Positions 62,901-64,000 of a stretch of DNA of 64,000 nt are shown here, one piece after another; the stretch's first letter is position 1; each line of letters begins with the position of its first letter. Source of the DNA: Trichoplax adhaerens (Eukaryota > Animalia > Placozoa); NCBI RefSeq assembly GCF_000150275.1, contig NW_002060978.1:248001-312000 (forward strand), written 5' to 3'. A program made the translations under genes and the position numbers. The notes beneath the pieces were generated by a model. That model did no database searches, had not been told where the DNA came from, and saw only the letters and a list, made by a program, of their open reading frames with translations.

Positions 62901-64000
62901 AAATTTCTACTTTTCTTTCAATATAATAAAGTGTTTTATAGGACTTTACACTTTGAAATTGCAGTGTATTACTAATTGTGTCTTATGTATTAAGTGTTAA
63001 CTGCTTAATTTTGGTATGATTAATCTTTTTCGACTTCCATGGAAGACAAAAAATATCATGTAAGTATGATTTTGTCTTATAACAGATATCTACGGTACTT
63101 GGTCCTTTCTCTAAAGTTGAAAAGTAAAATAATGGTCAAGGTACTGTTTAACTTGTAGTTTATGCAATCTTAGGAATAAGTGATACAACGTAAAAAATTG
63201 TTTTTTTTGGATAACTATAGTAAAACATTTTAGGAAAGATTGCTAAAGTAAGGATTGGTAGTGACAGGCTAAAGATTTTTAAGTCCGCGGTAAATTGAGC
63301 TTTTTAAATGCACTTTTAGTGTTTATCTATTTCATTATTTAGTAGCCAATAAGCCGGATGGATCAAATGGAGTGAGCTGGTAGAAAATGAAGATGAACCT
63401 TTAGGATGAATTTTTGGAAACTAATTCTCAATCGAAATTGATCACGGCAGTTGCTATTTCACACCGATTATATCACTTATTTATATTAAGTGCTGGAATT
63501 TTCTTCAGGGATGATAAGATTGAAATGCTTATGTTGTCTCTTCACCATCAACCTACTACCTACCCTATTGGTAAACTATGTACATCATCCGTAATGTGAA
63601 CAGATTCTGAAGTTTTTTACCATAATTATGCACGTATTCTCGAACTGAAGAGGGCAATAGTAGCTCTTTATTTGTACAATAACTAACTACAATCGTAAAG
63701 ACAGAATAATGTCAACAACTTCAGAATAGTTCATCTTAAGAAAAGAACCTTTATGGCCTCTTTCTCATTAGTAACGTTTGCACTACTAAATCGATGTTGA
63801 TGTCATATTCTGTAATATTACGATTGAATATTATACAGCGTGCTTTTAAGTCAAATTAGCGCTTTCCAAGTTGATGATATTTAGCCATTTTTCTTAGCTA
63901 TAGCGTACCAAAATTATTGTATAATAGGCTAACACGTTTCCCACAAACCTAATTGAAAGAACGTCATAAATCAATTTTATTTGAATTTACTAGCTGCATT

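Overview
AT-rich eukaryotic (animal) genomic DNA with spliceosomal introns, almost certainly placozoan (Trichoplax-like), because it carries a two-exon 215-aa Gsx-class ParaHox gene that I recognise as Trox-2. Genes from left to right: (1) a spliced secreted pro-peptide/neuropeptide-like gene (- strand, TATA+Inr promoter); (2) three intronless-CDS paralogous class A GPCRs of the melatonin-receptor/opsin-related type, none with the retinal-binding lysine; (3) a 6-exon small mitochondrial-targeted protein with a probable 12-nt microexon; (4) a complete 14-exon SREBP (1039 aa); (5) Trox-2 in a gene-poor region. Non-genic structure read directly from the sequence: four solo-LTR-like elements from two families (TG...CA ends, each with its own 5-bp TSD), two of which bracket Trox-2 as direct repeats; a third LTR-like element followed by a 48-nt copy of the CCA-bearing 3' half of tRNA-Ser that ends exactly at the anticodon loop; TACAG/CTGTA pentamer arrays that mark only the housekeeping-type promoter region; a perfect 41-bp palindrome upstream of SREBP; and an old ~550-bp tandem duplication that preserves the empty site of one LTR. 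All gene models were assembled by hand from GT-AG sites and frame continuity. No database search was run.
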